This document shows positions 1-8,859 of a DNA stretch of 64,000 nucleotides, one piece after another. Each line of letters begins with the position of its first letter. Within the stretch, counting starts at the first letter, position 1. The notes beneath the pieces were generated by a model that was not told the origin of the DNA, did not search any database, and worked only from the letters and a program-made list of their open reading frames with translations. A program made the translations under genes and the position numbers. Source of the DNA: Alphaproteobacteria bacterium (GTDB lineage Bacteria; Pseudomonadota; Alphaproteobacteria; Rs-D84); NCBI GenBank assembly GCA_017403085.1, contig JAFQOQ010000009.1, forward strand, positions 2,096 to 66,095. The letters are read 5' to 3'.

Positions 1-749
1 CCGCCGCAACACGCGCACGTGTCGAAGAATTATTGGCACCTAAAAAGCCGGTCAGCAACCTGTGGTTTGAGATGACACCACGTACAGAATACGTGGCACA
101 AGATATGACAACGGTTGTAGAAGAAGTGTTTGGCGAAGACCGCGCCACAGATGACGGTTGTCCATTTGAAACCGAAACAGAATGTGAAATTTGGCGCAGA
201 AAACCAATCGTGCGCGAGACTGTATCACCACGCAGTCCAAAATTGCGCAATGCCAGCGTTAATGAATTTATTCATGCCGCCGATTGCAATATGCATATCA
301 CTGCAAATGAAACAGTATCTGCACCATTGCTGGACAGATATAAAATGTTAATGCGCAGTGCCCAGGCATGCTGTACAGATGGTATGGCGTATGCGTTACG
401 TCAGGCCGGTGCCAGCGATGGATTGGTATATAAGTTCTTGGCAGATGACGCGAATTTCTATGGATTTGGATCACGTTGCCTGATGATGACAGATTATGAT
501 TTGGATTCACGATATCCAAATACAGCAACCGCAGTTGTTGCCGCAGACGTGCGCAATGGGTGTCTGTGTCGCGGTCGTCAATGGTTCCAGGCGATGTTGG
601 CACCATTCCAACAGGTTTATAGCGCGTTGCCAGAATTTAAAGACGCACAGTTTAATTATACATACAAAGATGGCCTGCAACGTGAAATTACGGTATCTGT
701 AAATAACGATGTGCAAAATGTCTTGAAACAACTGGCACAATGTCCATAA
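1..749 (+). CDS. 3' part of a cysteine-rich hypothetical protein, open to the left window edge
   Basis: Track ORF 33..749 begins at an internal TTG. The same frame has no stop back to nt 3, so the gene probably starts upstream of the window. 9 Cys (CC and CxC pairs); no family recognised. A hairpin plus T-run follows. Confidence 0.5.
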   Translation, partial: AATRARVEELLAPKKPVSNLWFEMTPRTEYVAQDMTTVVEEVFGEDRATDDGCPFETETECEIWRRKPIVRETVSPRSPKLRNASVNEFIHAADCNMHITANETVSAPLLDRYKMLMRSAQACCTDGMAYALRQAGASDGLVYKFLADDANFYGFGSRCLMMTDYDLDSRYPNTATAVVAADVRNGCLCRGRQWFQAMLAPFQQVYSALPEFKDAQFNYTYKDGLQREITVSVNNDVQNVLKQLAQCP

Positions 750-751
750 GG

Positions 752-774
752 AACGCCCCACGGGGCGTTTTTTA
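752..774 (+). terminator. Intrinsic terminator
   Basis: AACGCCCC-A-CGGGGCGTT hairpin followed by TTTTTT, directly after the stop at 749. Confidence 0.7.
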
Positions 775-805
775 ATGGCATAACATGGTGGGTAGTGTCA
801 GGAAA

Positions 806-1085
806 ATAAAAAGGCATAATAAGACTGGATTGCCACGCTGCGCTCGCAATGACAAGAGTTATTAAGTGCCGAGGGTGTGGGTGGGGGTGCGTAAGTAAAA
901 AGCATAATAAGACTGGATTGCCACGGCTTCGCCTCGCAATGACAAAAGGGACGAAGAGCCGAGGGTGTTGGTGGTGGATTTCTAGGCCCCTATCCCTGCC
1001 TGCGCAGGGATGACAAAGTATTTTTGCGGGGCGCTTAAACCATGCGATGACAAAGGGGTATGAAGGGGCGAGGGATTGGATGCAG
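806..1085. repeat. Tandem ~89-bp repeats plus short palindromic units, each ending in ATGACAA
   Basis: GCATAATAAGACTGGATTGCCACG..CGCAATGACAA..GCCGAGGGTGT.GGTGG occurs at 813 and again at 902 (period 89 bp). A degenerate third copy lies at about 1040-1085. Perfect palindrome TCCCTGC-CTGC-GCAGGGA at 993-1010. ATGACAA at 849, 939, 1010 and 1047. Confidence 0.75.
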
Positions 1086-1097
1086 GTATCTGGCAAG

Positions 1098-1122
1098 AAA
1101 AAACGCCCCGTGGGGCGTTTTT
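1098..1122 (-). terminator. Bidirectional intrinsic terminator serving the 1136..4300 gene
   Basis: AAAAAACGCCCCGTGGGGCGTTTTT: GC hairpin flanked by an A-run and a T-run, 14 nt beyond the stop. Confidence 0.65.
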
Positions 1123-1135
1123 ATTTACATTTGGA

Positions 1136-4100
1136 TTATTCCATGCTGGTCGATACCACTTCACCATAGGTAGCCACTTCTTCGCCACCGATATAGCAGT
1201 GAATCTTGGACCCGACGTTATCCATGAAATCTTGGATGGCGTCGCGCTTTGCCTTATCAACCGCAGAATCCATGATGCTGTCTGTGACAGTGTATGCCAA
1301 TGCACCACCCGCCACCGCAGTCACCGCCGCGCCGATACCCGCCGCTGCGCCCTTGCTTAGGCCCTTTTTCTTTTCTTCTGTTTCTGAAGATTCCGTAGCG
1401 ATTTCGCATTTTGCCTTTATCGCGTTCAACACGCTAAGGACTTCGCCCTTTTTAGTATCGTATGCAAAATCTCCTAAACATTTAGTTCCTTCAGCAAGGT
1501 CGGTAGAACCACTACCGCAACGCCAGTTGTTGCCTTTTTTCGTTGCTGTTGTTGTTGTTGTTGCAACGTCTGCTGGCCAGGCCGTTACACCCTTTACACC
1601 CATGCTTTCCAGTCTTTTTACAGCGCCAGTTGCATATGTATGGGCCTGGTTCGCTTCGTATGCATTAAGTTGAGTAATTGCAACGTTTGTATATTCTGTA
1701 CATTGTTTTTTCAAATCTGCAAATGATGTCGTCTTTGCTTTCTTTTTGCCGGTCAGGCCGCCCAAAACAGAACCGTCTTGGATACCCGCACCCAGGAACG
1801 CACCACCAACACCGCCACCCACTGCGCCAAGCGCCGTCATCCAGCCACGGATTTTTGGTTGCGATGCCTCTTTATCAGCGGCCGCTTTGTCGCCGGCTGC
1901 GTTTGCCATTTCTTCCAATTTGTCGCTGGGGATCCATGAACCGCATGTGAATGCATCACCCGCAGCAAAGTAACCAACAGACCAATCTGCACCATTAAAG
2001 ATTGCATCTTGGATTGCCTTGTCTTCGGACTGTAATGTCACGCGAACACGGCAGAAAGAACCATATAATTCATTGCTGGCAACAAACTGTTTTGGTGTCA
2101 GACCCGCCACAGAATAATTTGCTGGAACCTTGTTGGATTTCAGTTTAACCCACATAAATGTTGAACCCAAATCATTCTTGCCAACCAGACCACCGTCATT
2201 TGACGACAGACACAGATTCTGCTGTTTGGTCAATTTTGCGTTATATTTCGCCTGGGCCTCGATTTCCAAATCGTAAATCAGGTCTTTGAATAATGTGCTG
2301 GCCGCCTGGGATTCAACATAGGTTGTGTATGCAATCATCACAGGTGTGTCAAACACTGCGCCAGTGCTATCCACTGTATAGCATGGGCCCTGGTCCCCGG
2401 TCTTGGACGAACACAGATTGTTGCCGTTTTCATCAACTGCCTGGACCTGGTCGGTGGTGGCCGCCATCTGGGATGTAGAACCCGCATCAATCCAGCCCGA
2501 ACGGACGTTGTTGGATGCGCCCCAACTGGACTGTTCAGATTTATTCTGCATTGCCAGTTTATTGCGTTCGATTGCCAAGTGTTCTTCGCAAACGTTCGCA
2601 TTTTTAACCGTATCCATACACAGACCCAAGACAATTGTGTAATCTAATACGCCGCCGACCTTGTTCATAGATTTATCAAATGCGGTGTCGCCACTGTTGG
2701 TCAAAGATGAATAGATATCCGTACGATTGCGATAGCAATTCTGGAAATCAGCACCACACAAAGAGCGTACGCAACTGGTTGCGACAGATTGACACTGTTT
2801 CTTCATCTGGGCAATCGCAGCGTCACTGTAATTTGTTGCCAATGCCGCGTTCAATGACGCAACAACGCCAATTGGGTCAGATTCTGCGCCGCCATCATAT
2901 TCGGGGAACAAGATATCAAATGCGTCTGCTTGATTATATGTGTATGCGAACGCGCCCGTTGCACTTGGGTTCTGGGCCGCATATTTACAATTTGCATCGG
3001 TATTAACAATTGCCGCGCATCCTGTTTTGATTTCTTCGCGCGTGTAATCATTATTGATAGATTTGTCTGTGGCACCAAACACCTGGGAATAACATGCCGC
3101 GCCAGAGCCAGACCCGCAAACACGCATTGCGCACGATTTGATTGTGGATACACATTTTTCTTTGGCCTTGGTATCAAATTTATTTACCAAATCTGCAATC
3201 TTGGATTTCATGCCAGAATTCATACGTGATGAATAAGCCTCGCTATAAACTTCGTCCTTGTTGTCTTCGTCCAACAATTGTGACGATGTTGGCATTTTGC
3301 CTTCGCCCAAGAATGTGGCATAGCAGTACTTATTGCCGCCAATTGTATCCAAACAAGAGCCCTTGATATAGGACGCAATTGCAGAACTGCTGATTGTAGA
3401 AATAGCATCTGCACCTTCGGCAACCGCAGTACCGTCGTTAATTGCATCAACGGTTGCAGCCAAACTTTCGGTTGCGTTTTCATAACATCTGTATGGGTTT
3501 GCCGCACATGCGCCCAAGATACAGTTATCAACAACCTTGTAACAGGTCGAAACCGCATTTACCGCCGCCAACGACGCCCCTTCGGCAATCATTTCGCCAA
3601 CACGACTGGTCGCGGTTGGGGATACAGATGCACTGGTGCTGGCGGTGCCGAACAATTCGACCAAGCCGTCACTTTGACATTTGGCCAACGTGGATTCACA
3701 TGCAATACGCTGTTTCTTGAATTCAGAATTTGTTGTACATAATTCAAAATCTGCGCCACAAACACTTTCTTTGCGCAGGCATGAAGAATATCTTTTCACA
3801 CAGGTCGCCGTGTCATATTTATTGGAAATCGCCGCACCTGTAATCATTTGACCCAAGACACTGCCGTCGGTGGGGTATGTGTAATCTGTCACTTCGCCAT
3901 AGGAGTTCTGGGTGGCAACATTTGCCAGGGACGCAGTATTTGATGTGCCAAACAGACTGTTTATACCAGATGACGAACACTGGGCCAACGTTGTTAAACA
4001 CTGGGGCATTTTACCATGAAACAAAACCTTGGTCGTGCATTCTTCGAAATTTTCACCACATGTTTCAGCCGTCTTCATACAGGACGTATATGCATCAATA

Positions 4101-4300
4101 CATTCCATATCGCTTAACAGTGGCGTAGTAGTCGTCGATGACGAAGAACCACCGGTCACACCGTTAATGTACGCCGTCATAGTTGGCATGCGACGCACAG
4201 ATGCATTAGCCATAACACTGGGGCGCGCAGTTGCCGCAAACGCCGCAGGTATTACGCTGAATACAGCCAATAAACTAATTGTGTTTTTCAGAAAAGACAT
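1136..4300 (-). CDS. Giant secreted or membrane-anchored cysteine-module protein, function unknown
   Basis: 1054-aa ORF with signal peptide MSFLKNTISLLAVFSVIPAAFA. C-x6-C-x6-C-x6-C-x12-C-x6-C modules at aa 67-108 and 167-208 (exactly 100 aa apart), each ending LFGT(S/A)xT(A/S)S. Three further C-x6-C-x4-C-x6/7-C modules. Two Gly-zipper hydrophobic segments near the C-terminus. Ser/Thr runs. Confidence 0.8.
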   Translation of the reverse strand: MSFLKNTISLLAVFSVIPAAFAATARPSVMANASVRRMPTMTAYINGVTGGSSSSTTTTPLLSDMECIDAYTSCMKTAETCGENFEECTTKVLFHGKMPQCLTTLAQCSSSGINSLFGTSNTASLANVATQNSYGEVTDYTYPTDGSVLGQMITGAAISNKYDTATCVKRYSSCLRKESVCGADFELCTTNSEFKKQRIACESTLAKCQSDGLVELFGTASTSASVSPTATSRVGEMIAEGASLAAVNAVSTCYKVVDNCILGACAANPYRCYENATESLAATVDAINDGTAVAEGADAISTISSSAIASYIKGSCLDTIGGNKYCYATFLGEGKMPTSSQLLDEDNKDEVYSEAYSSRMNSGMKSKIADLVNKFDTKAKEKCVSTIKSCAMRVCGSGSGAACYSQVFGATDKSINNDYTREEIKTGCAAIVNTDANCKYAAQNPSATGAFAYTYNQADAFDILFPEYDGGAESDPIGVVASLNAALATNYSDAAIAQMKKQCQSVATSCVRSLCGADFQNCYRNRTDIYSSLTNSGDTAFDKSMNKVGGVLDYTIVLGLCMDTVKNANVCEEHLAIERNKLAMQNKSEQSSWGASNNVRSGWIDAGSTSQMAATTDQVQAVDENGNNLCSSKTGDQGPCYTVDSTGAVFDTPVMIAYTTYVESQAASTLFKDLIYDLEIEAQAKYNAKLTKQQNLCLSSNDGGLVGKNDLGSTFMWVKLKSNKVPANYSVAGLTPKQFVASNELYGSFCRVRVTLQSEDKAIQDAIFNGADWSVGYFAAGDAFTCGSWIPSDKLEEMANAAGDKAAADKEASQPKIRGWMTALGAVGGGVGGAFLGAGIQDGSVLGGLTGKKKAKTTSFADLKKQCTEYTNVAITQLNAYEANQAHTYATGAVKRLESMGVKGVTAWPADVATTTTTATKKGNNWRCGSGSTDLAEGTKCLGDFAYDTKKGEVLSVLNAIKAKCEIATESSETEEKKKGLSKGAAAGIGAAVTAVAGGALAYTVTDSIMDSAVDKAKRDAIQDFMDNVGSKIHCYIGGEEVATYGEVVSTSME

Positions 4301-4373
4301 CCCCTGACTCCATATTTTATTATTTTATTCTATCATAAAAGTCATGGGATGAAAAGAGAAAAATCGGCTTTTA

Positions 4374-5330
4374 TTAGATATTTTCAAGGATAAATTTCAA
4401 TTCCTGCATATCATGGGGCATGCGCGATTTAAAATGCATCATTTGACCCGTTATAGGGTGTTTTAGTTCTAAAAATTCTGCATGGAGCATTTGCCCATTG
4501 TGTTCATGCAAAAATTCCAGTAAATCTGGGTCCTTGACCGTGCCAAAACGGGTTGTGCCACGGCCATATAGTGGGTCACACAGCACTGGAAAACCATGCG
4601 CAGACAAATGAACGCGTATCTGATGAGTGCGCCCCGTCAATAAATTACACCGAAATTGAGATACGCCCGCCCGTGGCCACGCATTTAGCACGGACACCTC
4701 GGTCGCGGCATGTTTGCCACCGGTTTTTACCATGGTCATTTTCTGTCTGTTGCGTGAAGAACGTGCGATATTACCCGTAATGTCCGCACTTTCCCAATTT
4801 GGGACACCCCATACGAATGTTGTATATCGACGAACCAAATCGTGATCGGAAAAAGTTTTGACCAGCGCACGAAATGCCGCATCAGATTTCGCAAAAATCA
4901 TAACCCCACTGGTATCCTTGTCCAGTCGATGTACCACCCCGGGACGCGTCGCGCCACCCAACGCAGACAAGTGCGTGTGCGCCAAGATATTCTGGACCAA
5001 GGTGCCGGTTTTGTTGCCTGCCGACGGATACATAACAACGCCACGCGGCTTGTTTATAACAATGATATCGTCATCTTCGAATAATATATCCAATTCAAAA
5101 TCTGTCGAGATATTATCTGCGGCAACGTCGGTTTTGGGCGCCGGGATTTCAACAGCAAGAGTATCGCCCAATCGAATTTTATCCGACGGTTTTACCGAAA
5201 CACCATTTTTAGTCACATTGAATTTTTGAATTTCACTGCGCGAAAATTCTGGCATCTGGGATGTCAAAAATTTATCAACGCGCCCCAAGGCGACATCTTC
5301 TGAAACAGTAAATTCGCGAATTTGTGCCAT
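4374..5330 (-). CDS. rluD: RluA-family 23S rRNA pseudouridine synthase (RluD-like, with S4 domain)
   Basis: HRLDKDTSGVMIFAK catalytic motif and an N-terminal S4-like region. Start moved to the ATG at 5330 (MAQIREF), 7 nt after the upstream gene's stop; the track start 5387 would overlap that gene. Confidence 0.85.
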   Translation of the reverse strand: MAQIREFTVSEDVALGRVDKFLTSQMPEFSRSEIQKFNVTKNGVSVKPSDKIRLGDTLAVEIPAPKTDVAADNISTDFELDILFEDDDIIVINKPRGVVMYPSAGNKTGTLVQNILAHTHLSALGGATRPGVVHRLDKDTSGVMIFAKSDAAFRALVKTFSDHDLVRRYTTFVWGVPNWESADITGNIARSSRNRQKMTMVKTGGKHAATEVSVLNAWPRAGVSQFRCNLLTGRTHQIRVHLSAHGFPVLCDPLYGRGTTRFGTVKDPDLLEFLHEHNGQMLHAEFLELKHPITGQMMHFKSRMPHDMQELKFILENI

Positions 5331-5337
5331 AATAAAC

Positions 5338-5796
5338 CTATCTATAATCACGCCAATCTGGGCCAACGCTGCATTCCGATAAATCAATTATCATTTCGCG
5401 GCCACGATTTTTAACAGGACACGTTAAAATACCCGTTGTTGTCGCCTGGTCTGCATCGCGCGTCGCGTTGCGATACGCAAATTTTAATTCGGTTGGTTCG
5501 GCCACACATGCAATATGCAAATGTTCATGATTCTGTCCATCTGGACCAATCCAAACACGAACACCATAGGCCAGACCATAACACGGAAAACCGTCCAGAT
5601 AATACAATTCCAGACCACGGCCGACCAGTTTTCTATCCTCGACAAAAGTGCCATTATATTCGTTCAGGGTCAGACCCGTCACAGCCTGCCAATCGGTGCT
5701 GGTTGAAAAAATACTGACCCGTGGTTGGGGGGCATCCGCCGCATGTGCAACAAATGTGCAAAAAACCGCAATTGATGCCAGAATATATTTTTTCAT
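5338..5796 (-). CDS. Secreted hypothetical protein
   Basis: Signal peptide MKKYILASIAVFCTFVAHA. No family recognised. Its start overlaps the stop of the zinc-ribbon gene. Confidence 0.6.
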   Translation of the reverse strand: MKKYILASIAVFCTFVAHAADAPQPRVSIFSTSTDWQAVTGLTLNEYNGTFVEDRKLVGRGLELYYLDGFPCYGLAYGVRVWIGPDGQNHEHLHIACVAEPTELKFAYRNATRDADQATTTGILTCPVKNRGREMIIDLSECSVGPDWRDYR

Positions 5797-6317
5797 TATT
5801 TTTTCCCTGTGTTTTGTCCGTCTGCCAAAATGGCGCTGATTTTTTTCACACTGACTGGCGGGATGTTTAAAGTATGCGTAAATTCTGCCACCGCACCCGC
5901 GTCCAGTAATGTCACCGTCGGTAAAAACTTTTGACGACCAACCACATTGTTTTTTTCGTCCTGTAAAACAATGTACAAATCGGGCATTGCGTAAATCGCA
6001 TCAGACTGATTCACGATTTTCCCAGACACGACCAAATGTGTCGCACCATTATCATCGGTCGCAGTTTTGTATTCCGTAATACTGGCAACCAGTGGTTTAT
6101 CCTTGTCCGGGTCGGCATGATATGTAAGCAAAACAACCGCGGTAAATATAATCGCCGCAAATAACGCACATAATGATGCAAAAAATTTTAACCAAACATT
6201 TCGACGTGGCGGTAATGCAACCGTCCATTCATGCCCGCAAACCGCGCATTTCACCGGCGTCGATGGTGCGCCGTCAATATTATATTCAGTCTTGCAAAAG
6301 TCACATTTTATTTTCAT
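5796..6317 (-). CDS. MJ0042-type zinc-ribbon membrane protein (DUF3426-like C-terminus)
   Basis: N-terminal CxxC-x15-CxxC (CDFC..CAVC), one TM helix, beta-rich C-terminal domain. Lies 20 nt downstream of the pilin-like cluster. Confidence 0.7.
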   Translation of the reverse strand: MKIKCDFCKTEYNIDGAPSTPVKCAVCGHEWTVALPPRRNVWLKFFASLCALFAAIIFTAVVLLTYHADPDKDKPLVASITEYKTATDDNGATHLVVSGKIVNQSDAIYAMPDLYIVLQDEKNNVVGRQKFLPTVTLLDAGAVAEFTHTLNIPPVSVKKISAILADGQNTGKK

Positions 6318-6337
6318 GTTATTACTTATACCACAAA

Positions 6338-7657
6338 TTATTCTAAATTCAACAGGCGATATTTACTGCGCACACGAGATTGTATTTCTGTGATTGCATT
6401 CATAAAATCCGCAACCGTTGCGTTTTCGTTTGCTGCGACCGCACCAAACAATTGCGTTGCATATGTCGTGTTGTCACGTTCGTAATAAACCGCCAATTCT
6501 GCCATGCGATTTAATTCTGCAAAAGATGCGTCAGATAAATGTGCCGTCTTGGAATCTACATCCCAAAAGAAATTTGGGTTTGTCGAATCTTCAATGCGTT
6601 CAGATACAATTAAACGGGGCGTAATCGACCCAGTATAACCAACCGTTACAAACATTGCATTTATACGCCCAGCAGTCATATCCAGCGACTGATTAATCTT
6701 CATCAACGCCAAATCGTCGTCTGCACTGATGGATAAACCACCAAGCGTCATATTCGATACCCATAAATTTTCTGCCGCGACAGATGAAAATTTGCCCAGG
6801 TCCGCCAACACAAAAGAACCAGAAACCTCCATATTCTTGGCATCTGATGTCATACTGCCTGCAACAGTTGTGGTTTTGGCATCAAAACGCTTATCCAAGG
6901 TTGTACGTGTGTTAAATATCAGGTTTTGCGTTACGATTTCTGGTGTGATTAACTTTTCGTTAAATTCCGCATAAGCCGCATCAAAGAACGCGACATTTGT
7001 GATATCGTGACCGCCTAAATTTAAGGGCGATAACATTTTGGCATCAGACGCATTTATAGATGGGACACGCCATAAATACAAGGCGTTGTCTTGGCTGATT
7101 GTCGTTGTTTCTATAATTCCGTCTGTTGTATCCAGCCCCAAATCCAATGTATCTGCATGCCACGCACCAAACGTGCCATATGCGTGGGTTCCTTCGACAA
7201 ACCCCATACTGTCGCCACCCATAGATACGATTTCGCGCGTGCGCAATGGCGTTATATCATCTGTTGCACGTACAATTACGCCCTGCAATGTTGCCTGGCC
7301 ATTAACGTCATCTGATTTTAAGACACGCAATTGATATTTGTCGCCAACATTTTCAATTATACCAAGTGGCAATCCATAATCTGTCAGATCCGACAATTCC
7401 ACACGCGTGATATTTTTGCCAACCGTTTTTAATAACTTTTCACGATGCGCAACGATGTATCGTTCCAGCGCAACCTGCACTTCGGTCATTTGATTTGTAA
7501 TCGCAATATTTTCTGCGCGTACGACGGCATTTTGTTGATATCTGAACGCAAACGGTATTATGACCGCCGCCAGCGCAATGCTAAGCAGTAATTCAACCAA
7601 CATATTTCCATGCTGTGAATTTTTAGAAAATAAAAAACATCTGTTATTTGTCTTCAT
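6338..7657 (-). CDS. Giant pilin-like protein P3 (PilV/shufflon-N-like, inferred)
   Basis: Prepilin-type N-terminus ..SQHG|NMLVELLLSIALAAVIIPF. YGLPLGI box. YLWRVPS..KMLSPLNLGGHDITN box. Start set at the ATG at 7657, which gives an ATGA overlap with the P2 stop. Confidence 0.7.
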   Translation of the reverse strand: MKTNNRCFLFSKNSQHGNMLVELLLSIALAAVIIPFAFRYQQNAVVRAENIAITNQMTEVQVALERYIVAHREKLLKTVGKNITRVELSDLTDYGLPLGIIENVGDKYQLRVLKSDDVNGQATLQGVIVRATDDITPLRTREIVSMGGDSMGFVEGTHAYGTFGAWHADTLDLGLDTTDGIIETTTISQDNALYLWRVPSINASDAKMLSPLNLGGHDITNVAFFDAAYAEFNEKLITPEIVTQNLIFNTRTTLDKRFDAKTTTVAGSMTSDAKNMEVSGSFVLADLGKFSSVAAENLWVSNMTLGGLSISADDDLALMKINQSLDMTAGRINAMFVTVGYTGSITPRLIVSERIEDSTNPNFFWDVDSKTAHLSDASFAELNRMAELAVYYERDNTTYATQLFGAVAANENATVADFMNAITEIQSRVRSKYRLLNLE

Positions 7658-8859
7658 CGCGATATCACTGATACAACCGTTGTTTTCCAACCACTGTTCA
7701 TCAGTGGTTTAAATTCGTTTTTGCTGACCGGTGTCGGCAGTTTGGCGCGCGCCAATGTAAAATTCGAAAATTGAGGAGGTTTGGTCGATGGAAATATCCA
7801 CGAACCAATCTTTAACGGCGACGTGGTAGACATCAATAATTCGCCGGAAATTGTTAAACCAAAATTATCATAAAAAATCATTTCTTCGGCAGTCACATAT
7901 GGCGTCATTACAGAATTTACAGTAATGCCTGTAAATCCACTGACGGTTCTGGACGAACTAGATTTCATTATTAAATCATTTGCAACATTTACGCTGCCTG
8001 TGATTTGCGCACGATCGGTGATGATGCGGCCGCTGGTTGTATATCCACGCCCATTCATATCCATCGCATAAATATTTCTGAACCCGGAAACATCACCAGA
8101 TACACGCACCGCACCCAATGTCACATCGTCACTTTCGATTGTCGCACCAGATGAAAAATATACCGTGTTCGCCGCAATGGAATCAGATTCAACAAATGTC
8201 GCGTTTGCGTTTTTTGTTTGGGTCGATTTTGCAGTCAATGTCGCAACATTATAAACGTTATAAGAATTCATATCTAAATCGCGGCCCATAACATTTAAAT
8301 TATCTTCGCCAGATGTTCCACGATGCAGGTATTTAGATGTATCTTCGCCGGCAACATCGCGCGATATTCGGTATATCAAATTACCCGCATTAAATCCAGG
8401 CGCAGACACCGCCCACATATCACCAAATGCAACACCATCGTCACCGACGACCGCTGCATCCGAACCAATATGTTTGGCAATTTGCGATGTGCGCAAATTT
8501 GTATCCTGTAAATCAAATGCCAGATATACATCAGTTATCGCCGCACCATTGACAGTATATTTATCGATAAATCCCGCCGTTGGAAAATCTGAAATCGTCG
8601 CCAATTCTTCATCAGCCAATTTGATTTGCGCGGCGTCTGGCCACTTGTCCTGATTCATACGAACAAAATTTAGCACATTATCACGCGTTTCTGTAATTCT
8701 ATGCGCAACTGCAATATCATGTATTGTTTGATTCGTACGGGCAATCTGGCTATATACAAATGGGGTTGCGGTCGTAACAATCGCCATCGCCAGCAATACT
8801 TCCAACATGCTGGCACCACAGGATTGATTGTTAAAGATTCTAGACGTTATTTTATCCAC
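7654..8859 (-). CDS. Giant pilin-like protein P2 (PilV/shufflon-N-like, inferred)
   Basis: GTG start overlapping the P1 stop (GTGGATAA). ..NQSCG|ASMLEVLLAMAIVTTATPF. YLHRGTSGEDNLNVMGRDLDMNSYNVYN box. Beta-strand-rich C-terminal half. Confidence 0.7.
   Translation of the reverse strand: MDKITSRIFNNQSCGASMLEVLLAMAIVTTATPFVYSQIARTNQTIHDIAVAHRITETRDNVLNFVRMNQDKWPDAAQIKLADEELATISDFPTAGFIDKYTVNGAAITDVYLAFDLQDTNLRTSQIAKHIGSDAAVVGDDGVAFGDMWAVSAPGFNAGNLIYRISRDVAGEDTSKYLHRGTSGEDNLNVMGRDLDMNSYNVYNVATLTAKSTQTKNANATFVESDSIAANTVYFSSGATIESDDVTLGAVRVSGDVSGFRNIYAMDMNGRGYTTSGRIITDRAQITGSVNVANDLIMKSSSSRTVSGFTGITVNSVMTPYVTAEEMIFYDNFGLTISGELLMSTTSPLKIGSWIFPSTKPPQFSNFTLARAKLPTPVSKNEFKPLMNSGWKTTVVSVISR

Noticed and set aside
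806-1085. CRISPR array
   Set aside because: There are only two or three units of about 89 bp, which are themselves similar over most of their length. There is no 25-40 bp repeat/spacer alternation and there are no cas genes.
1206-1673. 155-aa plus-strand ORF inside the giant Cys-module gene
   Set aside because: It is antisense to a 1054-aa uninterrupted ORF that has a signal peptide and periodic modules. Its composition (Ala/Pro/Val runs) mirrors the Gly/Ala/Thr codons opposite.
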